NCBI GenBank assembly: GCA_963665125.2
Contig: CAXXUK010000001.1
Coordinates: 1,408,001-1,472,000 of the forward strand
Source: an uncultured Desulfarculus sp.
GTDB lineage: Bacteria; Desulfobacterota; Desulfarculia; Desulfarculales; Desulfarculaceae
DNA length: 64,000 nucleotides
Direction: 5' to 3'
The notes beneath the pieces are model-generated. The model ran no database searches. It saw only the letters and a list, made by a program, of their open reading frames with translations, and was not told the DNA's origin. Shown here in pieces: positions 49,104 to 59,326 of the stretch (position 1 is its first letter; every line of letters starts with the position of its first letter). Made by a program: the position numbers and the translations under genes.

Positions 49104-49886
49104 CTAACCCTTTTTCTTGGCCATGGCCTTGGCCTGCAGTTCTGCTCTGTCCGAAGGCGGCATAAAGCCCATCAATCGCTGTTGGATCTGTCTGGGGTTC
49201 TCATTGCGGGCCATGCCCATGGCCCCTTCCACGATAAGCTTTGAGTTTTCGCTTTGGCGCGCCATGCGTTCTTCAAGTTTTGCCGCGCCGGGCGTCAGCA
49301 GGAAGTTGGCCCATAGTGCGCCATACAAAGTGGTAAGAAGGGCAACGGCCATTGCCGGGCCGATTGAACTGGGGTCGGCCAAGTTCAAAAGCATGATGAC
49401 CAGACCGATGAGCGTGCCGATCATGCCCCAGGCCGGTGCCAGTTCAGCCATTTTTTCCATGATGCCGATGACCTCGGCCTCTCGGGTTGATGCGGCCTCG
49501 GATTCGATTGTCAATACGTGGCGGATATCCTCGGGGCGCATGCCGTCGGCCACCAATTGAAAGGCCGTACCTATGAACTCGCTGCTGGGTTTCATTTTTT
49601 CCAGGGCCAGCGGACCTTCCTTGCGCACCGCGTCGGCGGCCTTGAGCAACTCGCGCACCGTGCCCACATGGTCAATGCGGGGAGTAAAAAAAATGCTGAT
49701 TGATGATTTCATGGTCCGGATAACCGCACTCATGGGAAAGGCCACAAGCGTGGCCGAAAAGGTGCCCCCCACGACAATGAGCAGCGAAGAAGAATCAATA
49801 AACGCCAGCAAGCTGCCCTTGAGCACGATGCTCAAAAGCACCAAGGCCATGCCAACTACAATGCCGATAATTGTGCCGAGATCCAC
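49104..49886 (-). CDS. motA: Flagellar stator A subunit (MotA/PomA)
   Basis: LIVVGGT, APAWGMIGTLIGL, MAVALLTTLYG. Confidence 0.93.
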   Translation of the reverse strand: MDLGTIIGIVVGMALVLLSIVLKGSLLAFIDSSSLLIVVGGTFSATLVAFPMSAVIRTMKSSISIFFTPRIDHVGTVRELLKAADAVRKEGPLALEKMKPSSEFIGTAFQLVADGMRPEDIRHVLTIESEAASTREAEVIGIMEKMAELAPAWGMIGTLIGLVIMLLNLADPSSIGPAMAVALLTTLYGALWANFLLTPGAAKLEERMARQSENSKLIVEGAMGMARNENPRQIQQRLMGFMPPSDRAELQAKAMAKKKG

Positions 49887-49910
49887 CCGGTAGCTCCTTG
49901 TACGTGAAAA

Positions 49911-50678
49911 CTAGTTGCCGATAGTTTGCTGTAGTTCCTCTAGTGTAATCTCACGTTCTGCTGGGGCATTGGGGCCGGTGCCTAGCAGTGCGTCCATATC
50001 TGAAGGCTTTTTATTTTCCGTTGGTTTTCTGCCGTGCATCAGGCTGCTGCGGCCAACGTCTCTGCTTTGTTGCTGAACCTTTTGGGCCGGAGTTGAGCCG
50101 CCGGGGAGGCCCTGGTCATCCTGACCTGTTTCCGCTTCCTGTGCCGGCTTTTTGGTTTTCGATCCGGTATCGCCCAGAAGTTCTTTTCTGTCGCGTTGGT
50201 TCCGTGTGCCAAGCACGGGGTCATCGTGGGTAAAAAAGCGTTTGTCCGCGCCGGCGGAACGGATAATGTAGTGATAGCCCTCCGAGGAGATAAACTCAAC
50301 CCTTACGGGGTTTCCCCAGGCGTCCTTGACATCGTTGCGAGGACCGAGCCTTGGCATCATGCCGGTTTTGGCTCTGCTTTTTTCCAGTTTGTTCTGTAGT
50401 TTGACCATCACCTTGACGGTATAGGAATCAAGAGGGGCCTCAATGGATATACCGTAGCGCAGCAGCTCGGCCTTTGCGGCGTCGTAGGCCTCTGTCTCTT
50501 TATATTTATCCAATTTCATGACCAGGCGGCAGGCTTCCAACTCGTTGTCATCGCTGATGAAAAATTTGACCTGTTCCATGATCTCATCGACCGCTTCCTG
50601 ATTTGCGCTGGCCGCCAATGGGGCGCACAAAAGCAGTAGCATGACAAATGACGCTGTAAATTTAGCTAGTTGAGGCAT
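49911..50678 (-). CDS. Exported hypothetical protein with GspG-C-like motif
   Basis: Signal peptide; DAWGNP...IRSAGADK...DD resembles the T2SS pseudopilin G C-terminal motif. Confidence 0.6.
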   Translation of the reverse strand: MPQLAKFTASFVMLLLLCAPLAASANQEAVDEIMEQVKFFISDDNELEACRLVMKLDKYKETEAYDAAKAELLRYGISIEAPLDSYTVKVMVKLQNKLEKSRAKTGMMPRLGPRNDVKDAWGNPVRVEFISSEGYHYIIRSAGADKRFFTHDDPVLGTRNQRDRKELLGDTGSKTKKPAQEAETGQDDQGLPGGSTPAQKVQQQSRDVGRSSLMHGRKPTENKKPSDMDALLGTGPNAPAEREITLEELQQTIGN

Positions 50679-50773
50679 AATGAATGTACCGGATACAAGC
50701 GATGTTTTCCTGGATATCAAGATTTATTATAACGCGCAGCCAAGCGCCTAGCTATGGCAAAGCAGCGACAGGC

Positions 50774-52321
50774 TTATTTAGCCGTCATGCGCAGCTTTGC
50801 CATTTTAACGGCGATTTGCTCTTCGTTTGTGTTTTTATCCCTGACAAGCACCTCTCTGGCTGAAAATGTCTGATGGGCCTTGTCAAGGGTCGCCGACGCC
50901 CTGGGCGTGCGAATCTGAACCCCTTGTTCCGCCCTTCCCCTCACATCCAGCCAAATGGTCCCGGCAGGCATGACCTGCTCCATTTTGCGTACTTTTTCCC
51001 GAAGGCGCTGGATCTCGTAAACCAACTCCTCAATCCTGTGACTGCCCTGATCAACGCCCTGCTTCAGGGCCTCCCGCAATGGCTTGATCATATTGATCTG
51101 GGTGAGTTGGTTTTCCCTTTCCTTTTGGTCTTGGGTCTTATGGAATAGATGGATCAAATCGCGGAGTTCTTCTTCCGTGGATTCCAGCTCCTTTGCCTGG
51201 GCGTCAACAGCCTCGGCAATCTGATTTTGCTGATTAAGGGCCGACTCCAGATTCTTTTTAAAGGCCCAGTACTGCTTTTCAAACTCCGGGTTAACCCCGA
51301 TGCGTAAAACCGTGGCCTCGGATCTGGAGCAAAGCACGTCGGCTGCGGAGATGCCCTTGATGGCCGCCAGGTGGCTATCGACGATTCGTCCTTCCAAGCC
51401 GGTGACCTTCAACATACCGCCGGACTGGATGACGCTTTGGACTATCTCGGTATCAACGACAACATCGCCATTGCAGATCACCTTGGCGTCGCGCACGAAA
51501 CGGGCGGCCAAATCACCGCCAACGCGAACGGCGGCGCCCATGATGCCCGCATATACCATGACGTCGTTTTTTACCTCTATAACAGCGCGAGGCTCGATTG
51601 TTTCGACTTCCAGACTATAGCATTTGACCTTGAAGTCGGATCTAATGGTCCCGCATACCTTTACCGCGCCGGGAAAATCAATATGGCCTGTATTGAGATC
51701 CACGTCCTCCTTGACCACCAGGACGTTTTTAACCAGTATTTTTTCTTCCTCGGGCCGGGCGACCATGCCCACGACCGTTGAAACGGCCTTGGTTCCGTCT
51801 TCGACAATCTCAACGCCCTCGCCGCCCAGCAGCCTGAGCATGCGCGACTCCTCGGGATGCAGCGCATTGCCGAAGACATCCTTGCCCGGGTCGCCCCTCA
51901 GGCCTTTTTTCAGAGTTGCCAGCACCGTGCCCGGCTCGACGGTGGGGATTGGCCCACGGTCCCGAAAATCCACCTTGCCGCCTTTTTTCTCGCGGCCGAC
52001 AACACTGCCGACCAAATCGACATGCATGGTGATCTCGGCGTCCGAGCCTGTGGTCGGCATCTGGCCGCGGGCCACGAGGACGTTTTCTATGGGGTGGCCC
52101 TGCAGGATGCGGTCAATGGCCTGGCGCATGGCTTGAGCATCCAAGCCGTATTTAACGCCTTGTTTTTTCAGCAAATCGGTAATGGCATACTGGATCTGGC
52201 GCCGATCCCATTCAGGCGGGCAGGCCCCGGAAAGATAAGCTGTCAAACGATCCTCGGAAACACTCAGTTCCAATTCCGTCTTTGAATTCAGCTTTTCGTT
52301 GTTGCTTACCTCTTCGCCCAC
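50774..52321 (-). CDS. FapA (DUF342) flagellar assembly protein
   Basis: VSEDRLTAY, GVKYG, VARG...PTTG, DFRD, GKDVFG, DVDLNTGHIDFPG. Confidence 0.85.
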   Translation of the reverse strand: MGEEVSNNEKLNSKTELELSVSEDRLTAYLSGACPPEWDRRQIQYAITDLLKKQGVKYGLDAQAMRQAIDRILQGHPIENVLVARGQMPTTGSDAEITMHVDLVGSVVGREKKGGKVDFRDRGPIPTVEPGTVLATLKKGLRGDPGKDVFGNALHPEESRMLRLLGGEGVEIVEDGTKAVSTVVGMVARPEEEKILVKNVLVVKEDVDLNTGHIDFPGAVKVCGTIRSDFKVKCYSLEVETIEPRAVIEVKNDVMVYAGIMGAAVRVGGDLAARFVRDAKVICNGDVVVDTEIVQSVIQSGGMLKVTGLEGRIVDSHLAAIKGISAADVLCSRSEATVLRIGVNPEFEKQYWAFKKNLESALNQQNQIAEAVDAQAKELESTEEELRDLIHLFHKTQDQKERENQLTQINMIKPLREALKQGVDQGSHRIEELVYEIQRLREKVRKMEQVMPAGTIWLDVRGRAEQGVQIRTPRASATLDKAHQTFSAREVLVRDKNTNEEQIAVKMAKLRMTAK

Positions 52322-52429
52322 AAAACCGCTCCAGCAGATCCAGCCAAGAAAATGAGGCCTTATTCACACGAATGAAATGTTGCAATCATAGCAAAAAACA
52401 TACAACTTCCGCCAGTTATTGAAAACAAA

Positions 52430-53728
52430 TCATTGATTTAATCCCAGGATGCCCGGGCCGCCCAGGGCAAACATCCCGGCCACGCAGCCGGTCATCAGGG
52501 TTGTCAACGTGGCGGCCCAAAGCGCCTTTAGCCCCATGCGGGACAGTTCCCCCAGCCTGCCCGGAGCCAATGCCCCAAAACCGCCGATATATATGGCCAT
52601 GGAGCCGACATGGGCAAAGCCGCAAAGGGCGTAGGTGGCGATAAGGGGGCTGCGGCTGTAGGTCAGTTGCCCCGCCTCGAGCATCTGGGCCAGCTGCACA
52701 TAGCCCGGAATCTCGGTGACAATGACCCGCTCTCCCACAAGCTTGGCCACAAGCGGCGCATCTTCCAGCGGCACACCCATGGCCACGGTAAAAGGCCAGG
52801 CTGCATAAGCAAGCAGTTGTTTGAGGCCAAAGCCATCCAGGCCCACCAGGCTGAACCCGCCGCCGATGATTTTTTCCAACAGGGCGGCCAGCCCCAAAAA
52901 GCCCAACAACATGGCGCAGATACCCACCCCCAGCTTGACTCCGTCCATTGATCCGGCGCTGATGGCTTCCATGATGCCGTCGTATTGACCAATGTGGGGG
53001 TCAACGGTCCGGCCTGCGGTCAAGGGCTCGTCCATTTCAGGTTCCATGAGCTTGGCCACAACGATGGCCGCCGGGGCGGAGATGATCGAGGCGCTGATCA
53101 AATGACCGGCGATATTGGGAAAATACATGTGTAAAGTTGCTACGTACAAGCCTAGAACCGTGCCCGCCACCGTGGCCATGGACGCCGTCAAGAGTTGGAA
53201 AAGTTCGGAGTGAGTCATGTCCGGCAGAAACGGCCTGACCACGCCAGCGGACTCGGCGCCCACGAAAATGTTGCCGGCCACGCCCAGGCTCTCGGCGCCG
53301 CTGGTGCCCAGGGTGCGCACAAACAGCCGGGCGAAAAGCTTGACCAGCCGCTGAATGATGCCCGCTTGGTACAACAAGGCCATCAAGGCCATGAAGAACA
53401 CCACCGTGGCCAGGCCCTGGAAGGCCAGGATGAAGCCAATGGAGCCGTCCGCGCCCGGCGGCTGGGCCAGGGGCCCGAACAGGAACTCGGTTCCGGCATG
53501 GGCGCTGTCCAGCACGGCCAGGAACACGCCGTTGATCCAGAGCATCACCTTGCCGCCGGCGGGAAGCGCGAAAAATACGAAGGCCAGGGCGAATTGCAGG
53601 CCCAGGCCCCAGGCGACAGCGCTCCAGCGGATCTTGCCCTTGCCCAGGCTGCTGAGCCGGGCCAAGGCCAACAGGCAGATCAGCCCGCCGAAACTGATGA
53701 AGTTGTAGAACAACGGCGCTTGTCTCAT
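52430..53728 (-). CDS. NupC/CNT concentrative nucleoside transporter
   Basis: WGLGLQF, GTSGAES, NIFVG, MATVAG, YALCGFAH. Confidence 0.92.
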   Translation of the reverse strand: MRQAPLFYNFISFGGLICLLALARLSSLGKGKIRWSAVAWGLGLQFALAFVFFALPAGGKVMLWINGVFLAVLDSAHAGTEFLFGPLAQPPGADGSIGFILAFQGLATVVFFMALMALLYQAGIIQRLVKLFARLFVRTLGTSGAESLGVAGNIFVGAESAGVVRPFLPDMTHSELFQLLTASMATVAGTVLGLYVATLHMYFPNIAGHLISASIISAPAAIVVAKLMEPEMDEPLTAGRTVDPHIGQYDGIMEAISAGSMDGVKLGVGICAMLLGFLGLAALLEKIIGGGFSLVGLDGFGLKQLLAYAAWPFTVAMGVPLEDAPLVAKLVGERVIVTEIPGYVQLAQMLEAGQLTYSRSPLIATYALCGFAHVGSMAIYIGGFGALAPGRLGELSRMGLKALWAATLTTLMTGCVAGMFALGGPGILGLNQ

Positions 53729-53838
53729 GGTGCTCCCTATCGTGAAAATGTAGGCGATCTAACCTAGCACAATCGTATATTGAATGACAATTGAACGCCG
53801 CTTGCGGTTATCGCCGCGTGATGGTAATCAATTGCGCC

Positions 53839-55827
53839 ATGATCACACTTCACGATGTACATAAATTTTACGGCAAACAGGACGTGCTCCAAGGCGTTGA
53901 CCTGCACATAGGTCCGGGCATGCGCTTCGGCCTGGTGGGGCCCAATGGCGCAGGCAAATCCACCCTGCTGGGCCTGATTCTTGGCCGGGTGGAGCCGGAC
54001 CAGGGCTCGGTTTTCAAGGCCAAGGGCCTGCGCCTGGGCTATCTGCCCCAGGATTTGTTGAAATTCGGCGGACAAACCGTTCTGGAGCTGGCCATGGACA
54101 CCGGCGACAGTCTGGGCGAGGTCGAGGCAGAGCTGGCCGAGGTTCATCACGAATTGGCCGCGGGGTCCAACGAAGAAACCACCGCCGAATTGCTGGAACG
54201 CCAAGGCCGACTGCAAAGCATCTTCGAAAACCTGGGCGGCTACGACCTGGAGGCCAGGGCCTTACGGGTGCTGGCCGGACTGGGCTTTCGCCAGGACCAG
54301 CTCCACCGCGACGTGGGCGAACTCTCCGGCGGCTGGCTCATGCGCGCCGCCCTGGCCCGCATTCTCTTGAGCGCGCCGGATCTGATCCTTTTGGACGAAC
54401 CCACCAACCACCTGGACCTGGAGTCGCTCTTGTGGCTGGAGACCCAGCTGGTGCACATGCAGGCATCCCTGGTGCTGGTCAGCCACGACCGCGTATTTCT
54501 GGACAAGGTCGTCAACCATATCGTCGAACTTGATCAAGGCAAGCTCTACAACTACGGCGGTGGCTACTCCCAATTCCTTGAGCAGCGCGAGTCCCGGCGC
54601 AAGGCCCAGTTGGCGGCCTATGAAGCCCAGCAGGATCGCATCAAGGAGATGGAGCGCTTTATCGAGCGCAACCGCAGCCGCAAATCCAGCGCACCCCAGG
54701 TCCAGAGCAGAATCAAGGCCCTGGAAAAGATGGAGCGGCTGAGCCCGCCGGACCAGGACGAGATCATGTCCCTGGAGCTTCCGCCCGCGGACCGTTCGGC
54801 CAAGGTGGTTGTCGAGCTTTTGGACGTGGGACTCTGCTATGGATCAAACCAGGTCTACGACAACCTGAACCTGATCGTCGAGCGGGGCGACCGCCTGGCC
54901 CTTTTGGGCCGCAACGGCGCGGGCAAGTCGTCGCTGTTGCGCCTGTTGACCGGCGCGGTAACGCCCCAAAAGGGCCGCCGTTTGCAGGGCGGCCGAGTGC
55001 AGATGGGCGTATTCAACCAGCACAGTATGGAAAACCTGGATCCGGAGCGCGACGTGCTCACGGAACTGGGCACGGTGGCCGGTATGATGCCCCACAGTCG
55101 CCAGCGCAGCCTCCTGGGCGCGTTCCTGTTCCGGGGCGACGATGTATTCAAACGAGTTCGGGTATTAAGCGGCGGCGAACGCTCCAGGCTGGTTCTGGCC
55201 AAGCTGTTGATCAGCAGGCCCAACTTTCTGCTCCTGGACGAGCCCACAAACCACCTTGACCTGTCCAGCCGCCTGGTCCTGGAAAAGGCCCTGAAAGAAT
55301 ACGACGGCACCCTGGTGCTGATCAGCCACGACCGCAGCCTGGTCAACGCCGTGGCCAACAAGGTGGCCTATGTCGCCGATGGCAAGGTCACGGTCTTTCC
55401 GGGCGATTACGAGGATTTTCTGCGCCTGTGGAAGCACCGCATCGAACCGACGGCGGTTGAGGCGCCCCAGGCCGATGATGATGCCCCGGTCGAGTCCGCT
55501 ACCCAGGCGAAACCCGCCGCCCAGAGCCCGGGCCGCAAGACAGCCGAGCAAAAGCGCCAGGAGGCCGAGGCCCGAAACGCCATGTTCAAGAAGCTCCAGC
55601 CCCTGCGGGCCGAATTCGCCCGGGTGGAAAAGCAATTGGACGAGGCCACGGCCCAAGTGGATGTCCTGGTTGAAAAGATGCTCGACCCGGAGGCCACGGG
55701 CGATGCGTCCCGCTGGCAGGAGCTGTCAAAGGAACACCGCGAGGCCACCGACCGCCTGGAGCAAATCAGCGCCCGCTGGGAGGAAATCGCCCTGGAGCTT
55801 GAGGAATTGGAGCAACAGGAGGCCTGA
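53839..55827 (+). CDS. ABC-F family ATP-binding protein (YheS/Uup-like)
   Basis: Two ABC domains ([36 protein letters not shown]); C-terminal coiled coil; no TMs. Confidence 0.93.
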   Translation: MITLHDVHKFYGKQDVLQGVDLHIGPGMRFGLVGPNGAGKSTLLGLILGRVEPDQGSVFKAKGLRLGYLPQDLLKFGGQTVLELAMDTGDSLGEVEAELAEVHHELAAGSNEETTAELLERQGRLQSIFENLGGYDLEARALRVLAGLGFRQDQLHRDVGELSGGWLMRAALARILLSAPDLILLDEPTNHLDLESLLWLETQLVHMQASLVLVSHDRVFLDKVVNHIVELDQGKLYNYGGGYSQFLEQRESRRKAQLAAYEAQQDRIKEMERFIERNRSRKSSAPQVQSRIKALEKMERLSPPDQDEIMSLELPPADRSAKVVVELLDVGLCYGSNQVYDNLNLIVERGDRLALLGRNGAGKSSLLRLLTGAVTPQKGRRLQGGRVQMGVFNQHSMENLDPERDVLTELGTVAGMMPHSRQRSLLGAFLFRGDDVFKRVRVLSGGERSRLVLAKLLISRPNFLLLDEPTNHLDLSSRLVLEKALKEYDGTLVLISHDRSLVNAVANKVAYVADGKVTVFPGDYEDFLRLWKHRIEPTAVEAPQADDDAPVESATQAKPAAQSPGRKTAEQKRQEAEARNAMFKKLQPLRAEFARVEKQLDEATAQVDVLVEKMLDPEATGDASRWQELSKEHREATDRLEQISARWEEIALELEELEQQEA

Positions 55828-56802
55828 TCAGGCCAGGCTCAATGCCGCCTGGTGATAGGCCCGTTCCTTGTCCAAAACAGCCCTGAGAGCCGGTTCAATG
55901 CTCAGGAAATCCGGATCGTCGCCCTCTGATACAGCCTTGCAGGCCTCGGCCAACTCCGTCCAGGCCTCGGCCACCTCCCGCATCATTTCCGGCAGGCCCA
56001 AAGCCGCGACCCGTGGCAGCAGCCTGGCCGCCTCGCCAAGGAAATCGGCGTACATCAACCTAAAGCCGCCGCCGCCCGTGCCGCGCTTTTCAATGACCTG
56101 ATAGGTGAAGCGGGCGGTCCACTGCCAGTCCTCAAAATCATCCCACTCATGCAATTCGCCCAGCCAGTATTCCATGGCCGGAATGCCGCCGAACTCGCCA
56201 AGGCCTTCAAATATCCGGTCCGAACAAAACACTATGGCCTCGGCTACTATGCGCTCCATGCCGCTGCTGATATCCAGAGATTCGGGAGCGAACATGTTGC
56301 CCTGGTTTGTGAACATGGGGGTAACGCTGAAGCGGGCCTTTTGCATGGCCTCAAAGGGCACCCGCTGCAACTCGGTGCGCTCGGTGTCCGAGACTATGAT
56401 CTGGTCCTCATCCGGATCATAGCCCCAGGCAACGATGACATGGCCGGGGAAATGGGTCGAGGAATTATAATAAGGCAGATAGTAGATATCGGTCTGCAGC
56501 AAGACTGGCCGGCCTTGGTCCAGGGCCTTGATCAGGCCCTGATGGCTGGCCGGTGGGTCGGCAAAGGTGGCCCAGTTGAAGTCCAGGCCGATGCGGCGGA
56601 AGAATTGCTCTTCCAAATCCTGGGAGCGTACGTGCACCAGCCGTGAAGGTTTGTCGGACGGGAAACGCCAGATGCCCAGGCCCGCTCCAATGCCGAAACA
56701 CATGGCCTCGCTGAGTTTGATGCCGTGGAAGTCGACAAGGTCACGAATACCGCTGCTGGCGCAGTGACGGCCCGGCCGGTGGGTGTCGGCGATCAGGGGC
56801 AT
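55828..56802 (-). CDS. BtrH N-terminal/DUF4872 papain-like protein
   Basis: GRHCASS, LSEAMCFGIG, DIYYLPYY...HFPGH...GYD, GTGGGGFRLMYADFL. Confidence 0.8.
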   Translation of the reverse strand: MPLIADTHRPGRHCASSGIRDLVDFHGIKLSEAMCFGIGAGLGIWRFPSDKPSRLVHVRSQDLEEQFFRRIGLDFNWATFADPPASHQGLIKALDQGRPVLLQTDIYYLPYYNSSTHFPGHVIVAWGYDPDEDQIIVSDTERTELQRVPFEAMQKARFSVTPMFTNQGNMFAPESLDISSGMERIVAEAIVFCSDRIFEGLGEFGGIPAMEYWLGELHEWDDFEDWQWTARFTYQVIEKRGTGGGGFRLMYADFLGEAARLLPRVAALGLPEMMREVAEAWTELAEACKAVSEGDDPDFLSIEPALRAVLDKERAYHQAALSLA

Positions 56803-56827
56803 GGGCGCTCCTTGATGGCTGGGGGCA

Positions 56828-56989
56828 TCAATCCATGCCCAGGAATTTTTCCAGTTCGGCTATCTCTTGTTCAATCTCGCGGCGTTCCTCATCGCTGAGC
56901 GTGTCGGCTTCCTGCTCCAGGCGGCGCTCCAGGTTAAGGAGCTGCCTTCCGCTACGATATTCGCCACAGGTGATGGTGACCTGAACCAA
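56828..56989 (-). CDS. Small 53-aa protein, below the ORF-track cutoff
   Basis: TTG start 6 nt after GGAG; MVQVTITCGEYRSGRQLLNLERRLEQEADTLSDEERREIEQEIAELEKFLGMD; stop 26 nt before the BtrH-like start. Confidence 0.7.
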   Translation of the reverse strand: MVQVTITCGEYRSGRQLLNLERRLEQEADTLSDEERREIEQEIAELEKFLGMD

Positions 56990-57159
56990 TTCAATCTCCA
57001 CGAAACCAAAGGTTTACAGACTAAAATTTATTTATCACGGCAATGGGGCGTTGACAATGCGGCGTGTTGACAATTCCGCTCGTTTTGCGATCATGGGCCA
57101 CATAATCGCACTCGGCCAAAGCGTTGTTTAGCCGGGCGCCGGAATCATGGAGGCTGGCC

Positions 57160-58110
57160 ATGCCGCGAAAAAACCGCCTTGAACGCCTGACCGGAGGGGC
57201 CTTGGGCTGCATGTGCGGCGATGCCCTGGGCATGCCCGTGGAAGGCTGGACAGCCACGGCTATCAGAAAAACCCACGGCGTTTTGGACCGGATGATTGCC
57301 GGACGCCTGCCCGCCGGGTCATACACCGATGACTCCCAGATGATGATCGCCATCCTGGAGTCGCTGGCGGAATGCGGCGGCCGATTTGATCCGGCGGACC
57401 TGGCCCGTCGTTTCGCCCGAAAATTCCAGCCCTGGCGGGGCTATGGCGGCCGCATAGCCGGGGTGATGGAGCGCATAAGCGCCGGAGCCAAATGGGACCA
57501 GGCAGGAACCGATTCCTTTGGCAATGGCGGGGCCATGCGGGTAGGCGTGCTTGGGGCATGGCTGGCCCACGACCCGGACACCCTACTTCGGGCGGCCCTG
57601 GACCAATGCCTTATCACCCATTCCCATCCCCGGGGTCTGGCCGGGACGGCGGCCCAAGCCCTGGCCGTGGGCCGGGCCTGCCGTTTGGCCGACAATGGCC
57701 TTGTCGTGGACCAGCAAGATTTCATCGACTATCTGGTGAAAAAAACATCGCCAATCGACGCACATATGGCGGGCCGCCTGAAGGCCATGCCCACCCTGCA
57801 AGGCCTGGAGTTCGACCAGGCCGTAAACGCCCTGACCGAGGAATACGCCTGTGACGTCACCGCCGCCGAAGCAGTGCCCCCGGCCATCGGCTCGTTCATA
57901 TGGGCCAGCGGCGGCCATTCGGCCAAGGAGGCCATTATTTTGGCCGTGAACCTTGGCGGCGACACGGACACCATCGGCGCCATGGCCGGAGTTTTGGCCG
58001 GTGTTTATTGGGGCAAACAAAGCCTGCCCCAAAACTGGACTCAAACTCTGGAGAACGGCCAAGACGGCCACGACAGGGTAAATGAGCTATGCCTGCGTTT
58101 GTGTGAGTAA
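57160..58110 (+). CDS. ADP-ribosylglycohydrolase family protein
   Basis: GDALGMPVE, YTDDSQM, GNGGAMR, ITH, GGDTDTIGAMAG; GGAGG SD. Confidence 0.93.
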   Translation: MPRKNRLERLTGGALGCMCGDALGMPVEGWTATAIRKTHGVLDRMIAGRLPAGSYTDDSQMMIAILESLAECGGRFDPADLARRFARKFQPWRGYGGRIAGVMERISAGAKWDQAGTDSFGNGGAMRVGVLGAWLAHDPDTLLRAALDQCLITHSHPRGLAGTAAQALAVGRACRLADNGLVVDQQDFIDYLVKKTSPIDAHMAGRLKAMPTLQGLEFDQAVNALTEEYACDVTAAEAVPPAIGSFIWASGGHSAKEAIILAVNLGGDTDTIGAMAGVLAGVYWGKQSLPQNWTQTLENGQDGHDRVNELCLRLCE

Positions 58111-58159
58111 ATACCTATTGACGAATCGCCCGTCTACTGATAAAAACGCTTTCACTCAC

Positions 58160-58235
58160 GGGCTGCTAGCTCAACTGGCAGAGCAACGGACTCTTAATCC
58201 GTAGGTTCAGTGTTCGATCCACTGGCAGCCCACCA
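58160..58235 (+). tRNA. tRNA-Lys (anticodon CTT)
   Basis: Acceptor stem GGGCTGC/GCAGCCC, discriminator A then CCA; anticodon arm ACGGA-CTCTTAA-TCCGT; T-loop TTCGATC; 76 nt. Confidence 0.97.
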
Positions 58236-58244
58236 AGAGATTTC

Positions 58245-58278
58245 AGGGACTTAGCTTCGGCTAAGTCCCTTTCTCTTT
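58245..58278 (+). terminator. Hairpin/terminator after tRNA-Lys
   Basis: AGGGACTTAGC-TTCG-GCTAAGTCCCT followed by a T-rich tail. Confidence 0.75.
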
Positions 58279-58283
58279 GCTCT

Positions 58284-58310
58284 GGTTGCGCCTGGGTTGC
58301 GGACGGTTGC
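58284..58310. repeat. Three tandem GGTTGC direct repeats, candidate integrase arm-type sites
   Basis: GGTTGC at 58284, 58295 and 58305, spaced about one helical turn apart next to the tRNA 3' end. Confidence 0.6.
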
Positions 58311-59026
58311 AACTGGTCAAGCTCATCAACTTCACCCTTTGCATGACCTGGCAGATAGTGAAAATACTGGTCCAAGGTGAACTTAACGCTGTGGTGCCCT
58401 AGTTGGCCGCTTACGTCAGCAAGGTTATGACCAGCCATTATCCTAAGTGTGGCATAGGTGTGGCGGATATCGTGGATACGTCGGCGGGCAATGTTCAGGC
58501 GGTCTTGAGCTTTGTTCCATACCTTGCGGAAATTGTTCACGTCAATCATGGTGCCTGCTGTATTCACAAACACCACTTCCGGCATCGAGCCCCAACCGTT
58601 TGCAAGGGTCTCGCTCTTGCGTTGGTGTTTTAGCTCTTGCAGTTCAGCGGTTAGCTGAAGGCTCATGTCCACCTTACGCGCCTTGCCACTTTTAGGTGTG
58701 CTAAGCCCATATTGCCCCATTGCGCGGCGCACATGTATAACGCGATTGGTGAAGTCTATATCGCCCCACTCCAGGGCTATCGCCTCGCCAACGCGCATAC
58801 CAGTACGCGCCAAGCACAACGCAAACGGGTAGTAAAAAGGCCACCTGTCTTTTACGTCCTGCAAGACCTGATCAAGTTCACTCGCCGTAAACGGCGTAAT
58901 GGTATCTTCGCCCGGCTCAGACTTTCCTAGTCTGCCGACCTGGATTGCCGGGTTGTGCTGGATTGATCCAGCCCAGTTTTGACGGACACCCGATTAAGCG
59001 AGTAAATTGCTTAACGGAGGTGTTCG

Positions 59027-59326
59027 ATGCCATCACAGAAGAGCCAGAAGAAATCCACCAGGCGGCGCTATTCGCCGGAGTTCAAAATCGAAGCTCTGGG
59101 CTTGGCTGAGCAGGTTGGCGTTGCCGGTGCGGCCAAGCAGCTTGGCCTGCATGAGTCCCAGGTTTACGCTTGGCGCAAGAAGGCCCGCTATGAGGCCAGC
59201 CGCAGCGAGACCGAGAAGGAACTGGAGCTCGAAAACGCCAAGTTGAAGCGGCAGTTGGCCAAGAAGGAAGAGGAGTTGGCCATATTAAAAAAGGCCGCGG
59301 CGTACTTCGCGAAAAGCCTGAAGTGA
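59027..59326 (+). CDS. IS3 transposase OrfA
   Basis: YSPEFKIEA HTH plus leucine zipper ending ILKKAAAYFAK; A-AAA-AAG -1 slippery site at 59287-59293. Confidence 0.93.
   Translation: MPSQKSQKKSTRRRYSPEFKIEALGLAEQVGVAGAAKQLGLHESQVYAWRKKARYEASRSETEKELELENAKLKRQLAKKEEELAILKKAAAYFAKSLK

Larger units (their letters stand above)
58166..58963 (-). pseudogene. Phage-type tyrosine integrase, 5' part removed at the IS3 junction
   Basis: TGMRVGEA, TPKSG, IHDIRHTYA, LGHHS, DQY catalytic motifs; frame stays open upstream (HNPAIQVGRL) until the IS end. Confidence 0.88.

Noticed and set aside
57160..58110. ADP-ribosylglycohydrolase as the nitrogenase regulator DraG
   Set aside because: It lies 30 kb from nif, with no draT or sigma54 site seen; only generic family motifs are present.
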